Shown here in pieces: positions 1-16,524 of a DNA stretch of 64,000 bases (position 1 is the stretch's first letter; each line of letters opens with the position of its first letter). A program made the translations under genes and the position numbers. The DNA is taken from assembly GCF_009914755.1 (NCBI RefSeq), contig NC_060944.1; one strand, 5' to 3'. Origin of the DNA: the human T2T-CHM13v2.0 reference genome, Homo sapiens. The notes below the pieces were generated by a model that was not told where the DNA came from, did no database searches, and saw only the letters and a program-made list of their open reading frames with translations.

Positions 1-29
1 CAGGCTCCTAGAGGTGAGAGAAACTCCAT

Positions 30-150
30 GTTAGAGGGAAACATAGGGCTATGGGAACTCCTAACAAGACCCCTTAACCCAGCCTGGGAAATCACAGAAT
101 CCTTCCTGGAGGAGGAGGCCTTTTCACTCATTCTTAAAGGGTAAAGTCAG
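30..150 (-). mobile_element. L2 LINE fragment
   Basis: Resembles the antisense L2 motif gggaagtcagggaaggcttcctggaggagg. Confidence 0.45.
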
Positions 151-155
151 CTAGA

Positions 156-355
156 GCAGGGTCAAAAACCTTTTCTGTAAAGGGCTAGATAGTAAATATT
201 TATGCTTCATGAGTTCCTGTCACAACTATGATTACAGATCTAAAGCAGCCATAGATAAAACTGAAATAGATGTGGCTGTGTTCCAATAAAACTTTATTGA
301 CAAAAACCACAAGCTGAGCCAGATTTGGCCCCCAGGCCATAGTTTACTGACCTCT
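156..355. mobile_element. MER58A-like hAT-Charlie element
   Basis: cagggtcaaaaaccttttctgtaaagggctagatagtaaatattt ... ccaataaaactttatt ... gccatagtttactgacc. Confidence 0.8.
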
Positions 356-544
356 GAGCTAAACAATGGAAAAGGAGAAAGCAAGCAAAGGAAGTCACTT
401 GAGCAAAAGCTGGAGGTGTAAAAGAGCAGAGAATTAGGAAAGAGCCACGTTGTGGTTTTCCTTCTCCCTGAGGCACAGAAGGAGTTGTCTATGTTTACAC
501 AAAGACTTGGGCTCTGACGCAAGCTGAGAGCAGGATTCCAAATT

Positions 545-660
545 CACCCCATCGACAAGTATTTATTGAGTGCCTACTAGGTGCCAGGCACTGTTCTAGG
601 CACTGCAATGACACAGCAATGAACAAGAGACTTTCTCCTGTGGAAGACAAACACTAAGCA
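545..660 (-). mobile_element. L2a 3' end
   Basis: caagtatttattgagtgcctactaggtgccaggcactgttctagg. Confidence 0.8.
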
Positions 661-689
661 CACACAAGTGAACGAGCGAGCCAAAAAAA

Positions 690-822
690 ATACAGCTTCC
701 TCACCTGCTGTGTGACCTTGAAGATGTTCCTTAACCTCTCTGTGCCCCAGGAGGATAATATGATCAGAGTGCAGGCCCAGCACACAGTGGCTGTTCTATA
801 AATATAGCTGCTGTTATTATTG
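690..822 (+). mobile_element. MIR
   Basis: gctgtgtgaccttg...cttaacctctctgtgcc core. Confidence 0.65.
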
Positions 823-868
823 TAAGTCAATATGCAAATAAATACACATTAAAAAAAAAAAAAAAAAA

Positions 869-1031
869 GGCCAGGCATGGTGGCTCATGCCTGTAATCCC
901 AGCTACTCAGGAGGCTGAGATGGGAGGCCGAGGCCAGAGGACCACTTGAGCCTGGGAGGCAGAGGTTGCAGTGAGCAAGACTGCACCACTGCAACAGAGA
1001 AAGACCCTGTCTCAAAAAACAAAAACAAAAC
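869..1031 (+). mobile_element. Alu monomer (FRAM-like or internally deleted Alu)
   Basis: ggccaggcatggtggctcatgcctgtaatcccagctactc ... gaccctgtctcaaaa; single arm. Confidence 0.85.
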
Positions 1032-1649
1032 CGTGACACAGGTAGTACCCAGGAACCGGGCAGGTGCATGAGATGAGGGTGGGGGGTCGACTTTGGATCA
1101 GGTAGTCCGGGAGGGCCTCTGAGGAAGTGGCAGTCAAAGACGCCCTGGATCGCATTCTGTGAGCCAATATCCTAGAATTAGAGTTTGCAGCCCCATGCCC
1201 TGCAGACTCGCAAGAGCAGTTAATTAAAAATACCTGCCTCTCTGGAGCACAGGAAGGTGTCTTCTCTAATTAGTGTGTGAGTGTAAAGTGCTTTGAAATC
1301 CAAGGATAAAAGGGGAGTGAGGGGTGAGGCTCTGGTCACAGGGCCAGGGTGTCCCACTGGGAAGCGATCCATGAACCCGAAGAGCTAGACTCAGAGAGCC
1401 ATGCTCGTGCTCACGGGCCTGCCGGAGCCGACCCTCTCTCAGGTTCCAAGTGGAGTTTAGGGCAGCGGGAGATGCGCCCACCTAGGGCAGGCTGAGAGGA
1501 GCAGAGCACGGATGTTGGAGCCAGACTCCGAGGTCATGTGCTTAAAGCCGTGGACCCAGCACGTGGCAGCTAGCGGTGCCAAGTTGGTATTAGCTGTTTC
1601 CCGTCTTGTTACATGATCGCTTTTGTGTTCTTGTTTTTGCTGTTGTTGT

Positions 1650-2110
1650 TACCTGCCATTTACTAGCCGGGTGACCCTGGGTAAGTTACTGACCCTCTCT
1701 GAACCATGATTTTCTTCTCTGAGCCTCAGTGTTCTCTTCTTTAAAGTGGGACACTTGCAGCCCAGCAGTGCCGGGTGCAGGCAACACGTGTGGCACAGAG
1801 CAGAACAAACACCACTCTGCCCAGTCAGCCATTGCCTTGTGCCAAGCACTGCCTCAAGCATATTGTATGCGTTCACTCATTTAATCCTCACAGACATTAT
1901 TCCCACTTCCTGGACAAGGACCTCAGAGCCACCAGGAATAGCCATGCACTGCCCAGCTCCAGGGGGCCCCAATCACACAGACCATGACATGAACAGCAGC
2001 CCTGAGGCTGTAAAACACAGACAGGTTAAGTTTTTCACCCAAGGCCACACAGCTAGTACTTGGCAGAACTGGGATTAGATCCCAGACTGCCTGGCTCCGG
2101 AGCTGGGCTC
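1650..2110. mobile_element. MIR fragments (1650-1760 +, 1825-1930 -, 2015-2110 -) with a MER91-like piece at ~1935-2008
   Basis: MIR core gtgaccctgggtaagttactgaccctctctga; tcatttaatcctcac; cccaaggccacacagctagt; MER91-like gctccagggggccccaatcaca. Confidence 0.65.
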
Positions 2111-2454
2111 CTGACCCTGGGTCAGCGCTGGTCCTTGTCAAGGAGACTAAAGTAACAGAGGGTTTCTGAGATGTAGAGAAATTGGTTCTCCCTTTGCCCA
2201 GGCAAGCAGGCAGCAAGTCTCAATCTGCCGATCTCTCGTTTCTCTCTAGCCTAAGAACCTGTATGTTTCTGGGGATTTTTTGATGTTTTGTTGTTGTTGC
2301 CTCCTAATTTTATAAGAGCAAGTCTTGTATGTTTTGGTTTGTAGGGCATACTGCCATCCTGGGAGGCTTCTGAATATGCCACGACATCAGGCCTCAGATT
2401 GGCGCTGAGGAAGCGCTAATAATCACGTCCCCGTAATCCCATGCTCAAGGCCTT

Positions 2455-2545
2455 CACTTGACAGGCTCAGAGAGGCAAAGTGACCCGCCCAAGGTCACAC
2501 AGCTAGGAAGTGGCAGAGCTGAAATAGGACTTCTAGACTCCAGCT
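2455..2545 (-). mobile_element. MIR
   Basis: aggctcagagaggcaaagtgacccgcccaaggtcacacagctaggaagtggcagagc. Confidence 0.75.
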
Positions 2546-2564
2546 TCTTTCTTAATTCCCACAT

Positions 2565-2690
2565 CTGATGTCTCAAACTGGTGGCCCATGGGCCAAATGC
2601 AGCCTGTAGAATGTTTGATTTGGCCTGCGTGACGTTTTTGTAAAATTAGAATTTATCATCAGTATGTAAAGAAACGGATATTTCCAGGAA
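2565..2690. mobile_element. MER102-like hAT fragment
   Basis: caaactggtggcccatgggccaaatgcagcc...gtttgatttggcctgc. Confidence 0.45.
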
Positions 2691-2804
2691 TAGTATTCAA
2701 AATATTTAACCAGACTGGCCTGGGCATCGACCATTCAGAGTGGCTGCTGGTGGGATAGCAGAAGCCAATGGCTACTGCAAAAAGACGCCATAAAAAATAT
2801 CAGA

Positions 2805-3180
2805 TCTGGAAAATGCAAAACCATGGAGACAATAAAAAGATAGGTGGCTTCCGGGAGTGAGAGGGAGGAAGAGATGTCTAGGTAGGGCATAGAGGACTTT
2901 CTAGGGCAGTGATATGATGACAATGGTGGATTCCTGTCATTACACATTTGTCCAAACCCATAGGATGTACAACACCAAGAGTGAGCCCTAAAGCAAATTA
3001 TGGACCTTGAGTGACAATGATGCATCCATGTAGTTCATCAATTGTATCAAATGTACCACCCTGGTGGGCAATGTTGATAATAGTGGAGGCTGTGCCTGTG
3101 TCGGGGGAGGGGGTAGGTAAAACATCTCTGTACCTTTCTCTCCATTTTGCTGTGAGCCTAAAGTTTCTTTTAAAAATAAA
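2805..3180 (+). mobile_element. L1MC1-like LINE 3' end
   Basis: cattacacatttgtccaaacccataggatgtacaacaccaagagtgagccct...aaatgtaccacc. Confidence 0.8.
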
Positions 3181-3187
3181 GGCATTC

Positions 3188-3504
<317 letters not shown>

Positions 3505-3742
3505 CTAAGTCACAGGATGAGATAAGAGGTCAGCACAAAGTACAGGTCATAAAGACCTTGCTGATAAAACAGACTGCAGTAAAGGAGCTGGCCAAACCCA
3601 CCAAAACCAAAATGGCCACGAGAGTGACCTCTGGTCATCTTCACTGCTACACTCCCATTAGCACCATGACAGTTTACTAATGCCATGGCAATGTCAGGAA
3701 GTTACCCTATATGGTCTAAAATGGGAAGGCATGAATAATCTA

Positions 3743-4138
<396 letters not shown>

Positions 4139-4210
4139 TTATTCCTTTATTTTCTTAATAAACTTGCTCTTACTTCACACACAAAAAAATAATAAATAAA
4201 ACTTACTTTT

Positions 4211-4518
<308 letters not shown>

Positions 4519-5239
4519 TTAAAAATTCAGAAGGTTTGGCTACATGGCTCCCACATTTTTACAGGACCATGATGGCTGCAGTGAGTTCCAGGTGTCTCCA
4601 TAGATAAAGCGTGTGTGCCCGAGCCTGTCGGTCCCCTGAGACTGCCTCCCTCTGTAGCATCAGCCAGCCAGTCCCCGCAGGCACCTGAGCAATGACTCAG
4701 GCATGAAGGGGATTCTTTGGAAGTTCCTGGTGAGAAAGAGAACCGGGTGAAAGTGTGGCCTGCAGGAGTGGCCAATGAGGAGCAAAGAGGAGGGTGACAC
4801 CCGCCTGTGTCAGCTCCTGCTCATCATCTCCCCAGTGGGAGCCTCCTGTGCACTTTCCACAGGACCGAGTGAGCCACTCTTGATTCACCCTTCCTCTGCC
4901 CGGGCCTGCAGTGGGCGGGTGCCCACCGTGGTACACAGCCCATGAAGCAGCCACCCTCTGCCACTGAGGCTTGGCAGTCTGAATGGATGCCAGCCTATGA
5001 GATTAGAAGGAAAATGGGCAGGATGTGAAAAATCAGAAGCTGCCTGACTACTCCTGGGAAATTGTTCCTGAGACCATGCCCTTCCTGCGTCTACTTGTAG
5101 CATCGCTCTTTCACTGACAGGCAGGTATCGAGTACTAGGCAAGTCCAAAGGAGGTCTTGAAGTAGATACAGCAGGACAGGCAAGAGGCTGGTTCCATGGC
5201 CAGCTGCTGTTTGTACCTGACCAATGTTCCTCCCCCATG

Positions 5240-5725
5240 TTCCGGTAACAGCACCCTTCCACCACTATCACTCCATGTGCCTCCCCAACCAGAGGAGGTG
5301 GATGAATGAGGCCTGGGAAGTCAGCATATTCCATCCCCCCGGCCCCAGGGATTGGTCTGAGATGGGTATGTGACCCAAGTCTGGCCAATCACAGTCAACC
5401 CCTAGACATGTGCTGAGGCTACACAGAAAGTCAGCTTCTGCTCACTTGGCTTGTCGATCTGGCAGAATGGAAGCTGGGGGATACTGGGGACTATTTTTGC
5501 CACCACATAAGGTGACCCTAACTGACACGGAGGAAAACAGAACCAAGAAGTGGAAACAGCATGATTCCTAAACAACAGATGCACACCTGGATCCAGCCAT
5601 TCCTGAAGCTGAAGGTCTTTTCATTTAAATGAACCAAAACATTCACAGAAACACACACTATTTTTTTTCTTAAGTCACTTTGAGTTGGGTTTGTTTCTGT
5701 CACTTTCAACCAAAAGACCCTGACT
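5240..5725 (+). mobile_element. MLT1J/K-like MaLR LTR
   Basis: gggtatgtgacccaagtctggccaatc ... cacctggatccagccattcctgaagc ... tttgagttgggtttgtttctgtcacttt. Confidence 0.7.
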
Positions 5726-5819
5726 ATACAAGTGGATGTATAGCTGTTTCCAGGCTGGAAAACAAACAGCTATGGCAAAAGCAGACCATGAGACATCCAT
5801 GTAAAATCTGGGAGTTGAG

Positions 5820-6013
5820 GGCTGGGTGCAGTGGCTCACACCTGTAATCCCAGCACTTTGGGAGTCTGAGGCAGGTGGATCGGTTGAGGTCAGGAGTTCA
5901 AGGCCAGCCTGGGCAACATGGCAAAACCCTGTCTCTACTAAAAACACAGAAATTTGCTGGGCGTGGTGGCATGCACCTGTAATCCCAGCTACTGGGGAGG
6001 CTGAGGCACAAGA
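5820..6013 (+). mobile_element. AluS, 3'-truncated
   Basis: Left arm plus part of right arm, no A-tail. Confidence 0.9.
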
Positions 6014-6799
6014 ATGGAGAATTGCCTCCCTCTGAACTTTTTATTTGGTGCTATAAATAAACCCTTTCAGGTCTGAGCGGCAGTCAGGTGGATTTCCAGT
6101 TACTTGCAGCTGAATGCATTTCTACCTGTCACTCCTCCTCAGGACCATAGGTTGCTCTGGATTCCCACCACACACGTGGAGATACTGAGGTCTGGAATGC
6201 AGAGAAAACTTCCCCAGTGTCACGTGGTGGAGTCATGAGTTTACTGACTCACTACCCAGTGCTCTTTCCGCTCAAGACAACCTCGTGGTCCGTTCCTTTC
6301 ATTCGGGCTGCTGTATGCATGGCCAACAGCTGCTTTGTAAATTAAACACTTCCCATGGAGGCAGTGATGATGATGACCTTGCCCCTGAATCTTTCCAGCC
6401 TCTTACGTAAATCGCCCCTGGGTCACTGTCTCCATGCCTTTGGACCCAGGACAGCTTCCCCACATCCTTTAAAACGATGAGATAACCACATGTAAACCCA
6501 GTGCTCCTGGAAAGGTGTGAGTCATGCATCACGGAACAGAAGGTTCACAGCCAGGAGTCCGCCTATCATGCTTGTCATCCAGCCTTCCAGGCTTGCGTGG
6601 AGCTTGTTCACTGCAAAGCTGATTCATCTGCAGCTTGTGGTCAGCTCTGACACTCAGATCATTTTCTGCTCATCTTGTGCCTGGCTAGTGACCTTTAATT
6701 AGGTGCTGTCAACTTCCTGTCTTCCTGTCTCTGTCCATGTTGTCTTTCCCCCTATTTTAAAAGGACTGTATGAATACTAAAGACATGATGATGATGATA

Positions 6800-7030
6800 G
6801 CAGTTAGCACTTACTATATTCTAAATGCTCTATATAAATTTAAAAGTTGTTTCTCAAAAGCCATTGTCTGAGATAACTAGTATTACTATTGCAGTTTTAT
6901 GGATTGGAAAACAAGGGCTTAGAAAAGTGAAGTCACTTTCCTTGGGTAACAGAGCCAGGAGTATTTGGTGGAGCTGGAATATGAACATGAGTGTGTTGGA
7001 CCCTGGAGTGCAGCTCGAAAACACAAAGCC
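6800..7030 (-). mobile_element. MIR
   Basis: gcagttttatggattggaaaacaagggcttagaaaagtgaagtcactttcc. Confidence 0.6.
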
Positions 7031-7129
7031 AGTTGAGTCTGTTAAGCTAGCTTCAGAGGCTCCACTACAGCAGTTTAGACTCTAATTACATTTACTGTTT
7101 GTTTAAAAGACTTCTGGACAGACTGGAGA

Positions 7130-7590
7130 CCTCATGGTGTATTTGTCATCTTAAGGTTGTCATAAAGGACCCACAGTCTTTGCACTTTCCCTCTCCTCCG
7201 TCAACAGCAAGTCAGCAACTTGTCCTCAGTCTGGTCTTCACATCACAGATGGCTGCCACAGCTCACGCATCACCTCTTCACACAACAATGTCCAAAGCAG
7301 GCAGAGAAGGAAAGGGGCAAATAGGTTTCTCTTTATGTGCCTCTTTCTTGTCATAGAGTAAACTCTTTCCCAGAAGCCCCCAGATTAGTTTCCCTTTGGA
7401 CAAAACTGGGTCACGTGACCACCTCTGAGCCAATCGCAGGTCCAGGAGAACAGGGTGGCTATGACTGGGTAAAGCAAATGCAGTTTTTCCCCTAGGACTA
7501 GGCACATGGCCAGCTGCAGAAAGTCAGGGTTTTCTCAGCAGGAAAGGAGAGGGGAATGGCAGTTGACAAGGCAACCCGCAGTGTCTGATA
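7130..7590 (-). mobile_element. MLT1K/L-like MaLR LTR
   Basis: gatggctgccacagctc ... ctttcccagaagcccccagattagtttcc ... gggtcacgtgacc. Confidence 0.7.
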
Positions 7591-7701
7591 CCCCAGCATT
7601 TAAAAATGTTTAGCACAGACACCCACGTTGATTTGCAATATGATTGTAGGTGGTACATGAAGTTGTGGTTGCGTGTTTTTAAATAATTTTAGTATTTATT
7701 A

Positions 7702-8025
<324 letters not shown>

Positions 8026-8941
8026 AACCAAAACCATATATATGGCTATCTCATCAATCAGAACCACAACAACTATAAAACAACTATATTTAAGGTTTTT
8101 TGCAAAAAAAAAAGTTAAAGAAAATATTAAGTAAATAATAGATCATTTGCTTCAAGATTTGGCAAATGTAAGGATAGGAAACGCTGTTCTATGTTATCCT
8201 GCTTGGCCTTTTTTCCAACTTCTCAGAGGCGTTCTGCCTTCAAACTCCCTCTTGAGGAAAATAAACACCCACAAAGATTTTTGCATCATCTGCAAATATG
8301 ATTCAAATAAAGCCTTGAGCTCAAATATAATCCAGGCTTCCTCAGCTGGGAAGGACAGGCATCTCGAGTCCAAGCCTTTCCTGGTATTTCACCTCTGTCT
8401 TCATGGTTTTATGGGGTTTTATTGGGTCTGTCCCTCCTCTGGAAAGCCACCACAAATCCGATTTCTGAGAGAACAAGATATAAATAATAAACAGAATGAC
8501 TCCTTGAGATTTCTTGTCCTTGTGAGGAATTTTCAAACGTTCCTAAGACATGAAATCTTTTCGTTTAAACAAGAGTTTGGGAGTCCGTCATGAGAACTGG
8601 ATAAATAATGGCCCAGTGACACAGGGACATATGTCAGAGCCTTTGTTCAAAGAAATAAAGTAGCTCAATATGTGCCGATAGCAAAAGGCGCCTGGGATCT
8701 ATCGTGATGCGAGAACAGCAAGGTACAGAACAATATGTGCTAGGTACAGAACCATATCTGCAGACTTTTTCTGTAAAGGGCTGCATAGAAAATCCTTTGG
8801 GCATTGCAAGCCGTACTGTCTCTGTTGCAGCTGCTCAGCTCTGCCATCGTGGCATGAAAGCAATCATAGATAGCGCACAAAGCAGCTGGGCTGTGTATCA
8901 ATAAAACTTTATCTATGGACACAGATGTACATTGCATATAA

Positions 8942-9271
<330 letters not shown>

Positions 9272-9275
9272 TCAA

Positions 9276-9572
9276 TTTTGTTTTGTTTTGAGACGGGGTC
9301 TCACTCTGTCACCCAGGCCAGAGTGCAGCTGTACCATCACAGCTCACTGCAGCCTCAACCTCCCTGGGCTCAGGTGATCCTCCTGCCTCAGCCTCCTGTG
9401 TAGCTGGGACTATAGGCATGTGCCACCACCCCCAGCCAATTTTTGTATTTTTTGTAGAGATGGAGTCTCCTTATGTTGCCCAGGCTGGGCTCAAACTGCT
9501 AGGCTCAAGTGATCTGCCCGCCTCAGCCTTCCAAAGTGTTGAGACTATAGGCATGAGACACCGTGCCTGGCC
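9276..9572 (-). mobile_element. AluJ
   Basis: Antisense Alu with J features (gcagcctcaacc, ctcaggtgatcctcctgcc). Confidence 0.9.
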
Positions 9573-9588
9573 TTTCTTTCAAATTTTA

Positions 9589-9906
<318 letters not shown>

Positions 9907-10044
9907 GTAAAAACCATTCGTAGCTTGCAGGCCATACAGAATAGTGAGACAGATTTGGCTTGAGGACGATAATTTGCCAATCCATCTATAAACCTCTGAT
10001 GCATAACAAAATTGTAGAGAAACACCAGAAGTATAGAGAGGCAT

Positions 10045-10102
10045 GCTACACGTGCGTGTGTGCACGTGCGTGTGTGTGTGTGTGTGTGTGTCTGTGTGTG
10101 TA
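10045..10102. repeat. (TG)n/(CG) alternating microsatellite
   Basis: cacgtgcgtgtgtgcacgtgcg(tg)n. Confidence 0.9.
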
Positions 10103-10174
10103 CAGCTGGCTCTCCATACCCATGGGTTCCACCCATCCGTAGATTCAACCAGTCATGGATCAAAAACATTCAAA

Positions 10175-10444
10175 GACGCTGGGCGTGGTGGCTGTAATCC
10201 CAGCACTTTGGGAGGCCGATGCTGGTGGATCATGAGGTCAGGGGTTCAAGACCAGCCTGGGCAACATGGTGAAACCCCGTCTCTACTAAAAATACACGGT
10301 GGCATGTGCCTGTAATTTCAGCTACTTGGGAGGCTGAGGCAGGAGAATTGCTTGAACCGGGACCCGGGAGGCAGAGGTTGCAGTGAGCCGAGCTCCAGCC
10401 TGGGCTACAGAGCGAGACTCTGTCTAAAAAAAAAAAAAAAAAAA
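10175..10444 (+). mobile_element. AluS with internal deletions and a 6-bp insertion
   Basis: Alu with a missing linker segment; gaac-cgggac-ccgggagg. Confidence 0.9.
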
Positions 10445-10451
10445 TCAAAGA

Positions 10452-10778
<327 letters not shown>

Positions 10779-11309
10779 TCAAAGAAGAAATGTGTCTGTA
10801 CTAAGCATGTACAGACTTTTTCTTGTCATTATTCACTAAACAATACATTAAAACCACTATTTACATTGGATTTACATTGCATTACATATTATAAATAATC
10901 TAGAGATGATTTGAAGTGTACAGGGGGATGTGCCTAAGTTATATACAAATGTTACTTTATTTTACATAAGGGACTCAAGCATCTAAAGATTGTGATATCT
11001 GTGGAAGGTCCTAGAATCAATCCCCAAGGATACCAGGGACAACTGGAGAGAGAAGCGGGGAGAGAGAGACAGATATTTGTTTATATCTCTAAAAGGACAC
11101 ACTAACAACTGGCAACAAGAGGTGCTTCTGAAGAGGGGAACTGGGAAATGTCAGAGGAAATGAGAAGGAAGATATTTTGCACGACATGGCCTTTTACACT
11201 GCTTGAGTTTTTCTCCACATGCTTGTGTTACTTTTACAAAGCAGAAAACATTTGCCAAAGGATTACTATGCCACAGACAATAAAAATGAGACGCTATAAA
11301 CAAATATAC

Positions 11310-12180
11310 ACAGTCATGCATCACATAATGACATTGGTCAATGATGGACCACATATACGACCGTGGTCCTGTAAGACTGTAAGGCGGTATTTGTACTGTA
11401 TGCTCTCTACGTTTAGGTATGTTTAGAGACAGATACTTCCCATTGTGTTACCATTGCCTACAGCAGGGGTCCCCAACCCTCCAAGGTACCAGTCCGTGGC
11501 CTATTAGGAACTGGGCTGCACGGCAGGAGGTGAGTGACAGGTGAGTGAGCAAAGCTTCATCTGTATTGACAGCCACTCCCCATCACTCGCATTACCACCT
11601 GAGCTCCACCTCCTGTCAGACTGGTGGTGCCATTAGATTCTCATAGGAGCTCGAACCCTATTGTGAACTGCCCATGTGAGGGATCTTGATTGTGTGCTTC
11701 TTATGAGAATCTAACGCCTGATGATCTGTCGCTGTCTCCCATCACCCTCAGATGGGATCGTCTAGTTGCAGGAAAACAAGCTTAGGGCTCTCACTGATTC
11801 TACGTGAAGGTGAGTTGTATAATTATTTCGTTATATATTACACTGTAATAATTGTAGAAATAAAGCACACAATAAATGTAATGCACCTGAATCGTCCCGG
11901 AACCATCCCCCTCACACTGGTTTTTGGAAAAAAATTTCTTCCACGAAACCGGTCCCTGGTGCCAAAAAGGTTGGGGACCGCTGGCCTACAGTTTTCAGTA
12001 CAGTCACGTGCTGTACAGGTTTGCAGCCCGGGAGCCACAGGCTCCACCGTGTAGCCTGGGTGTGTAGTAGGCTATGCCATCTAGGCTTGTGTGAGTACAC
12101 TCTGATGTTCTCATCATGACGAAATCACCTAACAACACACTTCTCAAAACATAGCCCTGTCATTAAGGGACGCGTGACTT
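11310..12180. mobile_element. Tigger3a (MER7)-like element split by MER1A
   Basis: cagtcatgcatcacataatgac ... gtagtaggctatgccatctagg ... gtcattaagggacgcgtgact. Confidence 0.8.
11464..11983. mobile_element. MER1A (hAT-Charlie), full length
   Basis: Terminal repeats caggggtccccaacc / ggttggggaccgctg; perfect 8-bp TSD GCCTACAG at 11456-11463 and 11984-11991. Confidence 0.88.
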
Positions 12181-12999
12181 CACAGGCAATCACAGCACAA
12201 CTTCAGCGGGTGCCGTTCATTGGGCCATTTGTAGAATGGAGCCATTGGAGTTGTGAGGGCACACCCCATGTGGCAGCCCTGTTGGTAACAAAACTAACAC
12301 CAAGAGTTTCTATGAAGTGAAATTTGTGAGTAAATATTAAAGAAGTAGGGTCGGAGTGGAAGTTGTGGGAGGGGAATAAAATCTCACTCTTTCCGTTTTA
12401 TGCTATTCCTTATCAGGACCACAATAAAGCCAATCTTCTGCCAATATTTACTTTTGATTTTTTTCTCCAGAGTGGAAGAAAAATGCCCAGGCCTGGCAGG
12501 AATAGGAGAGTAGGATTGAAAGTTGAAACAAGAGCAGGAAGCTCACCCGGAAATAAAATCATTTCCAGAACCTCACAATGAAAATGACACTTATTTCACA
12601 GAAACACTCAAAGGCTGACTCCACTTACGAGACTCCTCTCTTGTAACCCCAGTCAGCTTTCCCAGATATCTTGGGATTCCATGAAACCCACTGCAAGCAT
12701 TTTGACCCAGGTTGGAGGCCTCAAACAGCAGTCTCCCACCTAAGAACATGGAAGATGTGGATTTTTGGTCAGCAGTGGTTTCAAAATCAAGACATTTCAT
12801 GTAAATGCAGGAGTTTCTGGCTTCCCTTGAAACTCTTGGCTCTCTGGCCGCCCTGAGCCCACATTCCCACGTGGAAACTTCAGGCTGCCGTCAAGCGGTA
12901 GTTGCTCCTTCCAGATGGGGCAAGGGCTCCCCGTTTGCCACAGTCCCCACCACTCCCTGTCGCCCTCCATCAGGACCACTTCACTCAATTCTTTTTTTC

Positions 13000-14362
<1,363 letters not shown>

Positions 14363-14389
14363 TGTTTCCCAACTCCTTTTGGCACTTAG

Positions 14390-15080
<691 letters not shown>

Positions 15081-15859
15081 GAAGGCGTCAGAGATTGATT
15101 TTGTTTCTGCCACTCATTAGTGTATGACCTGTGCAAATGGCTCCTCCCTCCATCCCCAGTATCCTCTTCTATAAAATGGGTCTCTCTACATAACCTCTGT
15201 AGGGCTGTTGTGAGAATCTGGGAAGCCTACGGCAAAAAGCCTTTAGCACCATTCAGGGATCTTCGAAGCTGTCCGTGTTAGGTGTTGCTATGAACCTTAG
15301 GAGGGAATGAGAGGATAGCTGGAAGAGAGTCACCCCCGCAGAGGCCAAGAAGGAAGAGAGAAACACGTTTGTCCTAAGATGGGACAAGGCTGTTTTTTCC
15401 AGTATTTTCAGTAAGAAAACGAAAGAGCATCCAAGAATCTCAGGGCACAGTCCAGGCTGCAAGCTTCTTGGCTGTCTGGCCTCTGCCCATCTTTCCTGCT
15501 CTCTGCTCCAGCCTATAGCTCCCTTCCCCGCAGCCCTGTGAGCCCCTCAGTGGCCCCAGGATCCTCTGCTCCTCTGCTCCTCTGGGAATCCAGTCCCCTC
15601 TGGCTGAATGCCTCACCTTCCCCTGGGGTCTACCACTCAGCCCTCTGCAGCCAGCCCAGCTCCTGTGTGGAATTCCCTGGTGGCTGGTATGAGGGGGTGC
15701 CCAGCATCCCCTCCTCATCCTGTAACAGTGGATAAGGGCCAGCTGTTAGCATCATTGTTGTTATTACTATTACACGAACGCTTCCAATGGATCCACACCA
15801 CCTAAGCAGCGCCAGGAAGCCAGGGAAATGCCAGAAGCAATAACAGTCAGCAACTACGT

Positions 15860-16275
15860 AGTACCTACTGTGTACTGTGCTGTATTGCACATAGGCACCG
15901 TTCCAAGCCCTTCGTGCTATTAACTCATTTAATTGTCACAGTGTATGAGGCAGGTACTATGTTAACTCCATTTTACAGATAATGAAACAGATCTAGAGTG
16001 GTTAAGTAACTAACCACTGAGAAAGCTAGATTCAAATTTGTGGGTTGGCTCTAAAACCTGTTGTTTTAATTAACTCTACACACTGCTGCCTTATGGCATT
16101 TTATTGTTTGAAATAATAACATTTCCTGAGCACTCACTATGTGCCAGCTACTAGGCTCAGAATTACCTTTCTTCACCCTGAAAGACCCTATGAGTTCATT
16201 TGATTATTAAATAGTCCCATTTTACAGAAGAAGAAACTGAGGCATAGAAAGATAGTGCCTCACACAGTGTGGCAA
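15860..16275 (-). mobile_element. Two antisense MIRs
   Basis: ttaactcatttaattgtcac...ccattttacagataatgaaac; cccattttacagaagaagaaactgaggc. Confidence 0.75.
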
Positions 16276-16279
16276 ATTG

Positions 16280-16432
16280 TGTTTTCTGTTTTTTTGTTTT
16301 TTTTTTTTTTCTTGCTCTGTTGCCCAGGCTGGAGTCCAGTGGCAAGATCATAGCTCACTGCAGCCTCCTGGGCTCAAGCCATCTTCCTGCCTCGGCCTCC
16401 CAAAATGCTGGAATTACAGGGAGTGCACCCAG
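16280..16432 (-). mobile_element. Alu monomer or deleted AluJ
   Basis: cttgctctgttgcccaggctggag...ctcccaaaatgctggaattacagg. Confidence 0.85.
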
Positions 16433-16524
16433 CTGCGCATCGTGTTGTCTTAAGATGCTTACAGCATCATCTCTCATCCTCATGATCTGTTTCTGCTTCT
16501 TTTTTTTTTGTAAAAAAAAACCCC

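Noticed and set aside
869-1031. Possible 7SL RNA gene or pseudogene among the Alu monomers
   Set aside because: No 7SL S-domain sequence is present; these are FLAM/FRAM or deleted Alus.
8147-8593. 148-aa ORF in mostly unique DNA
   Set aside because: Non-ATG start, no recognisable homology and no exon context.
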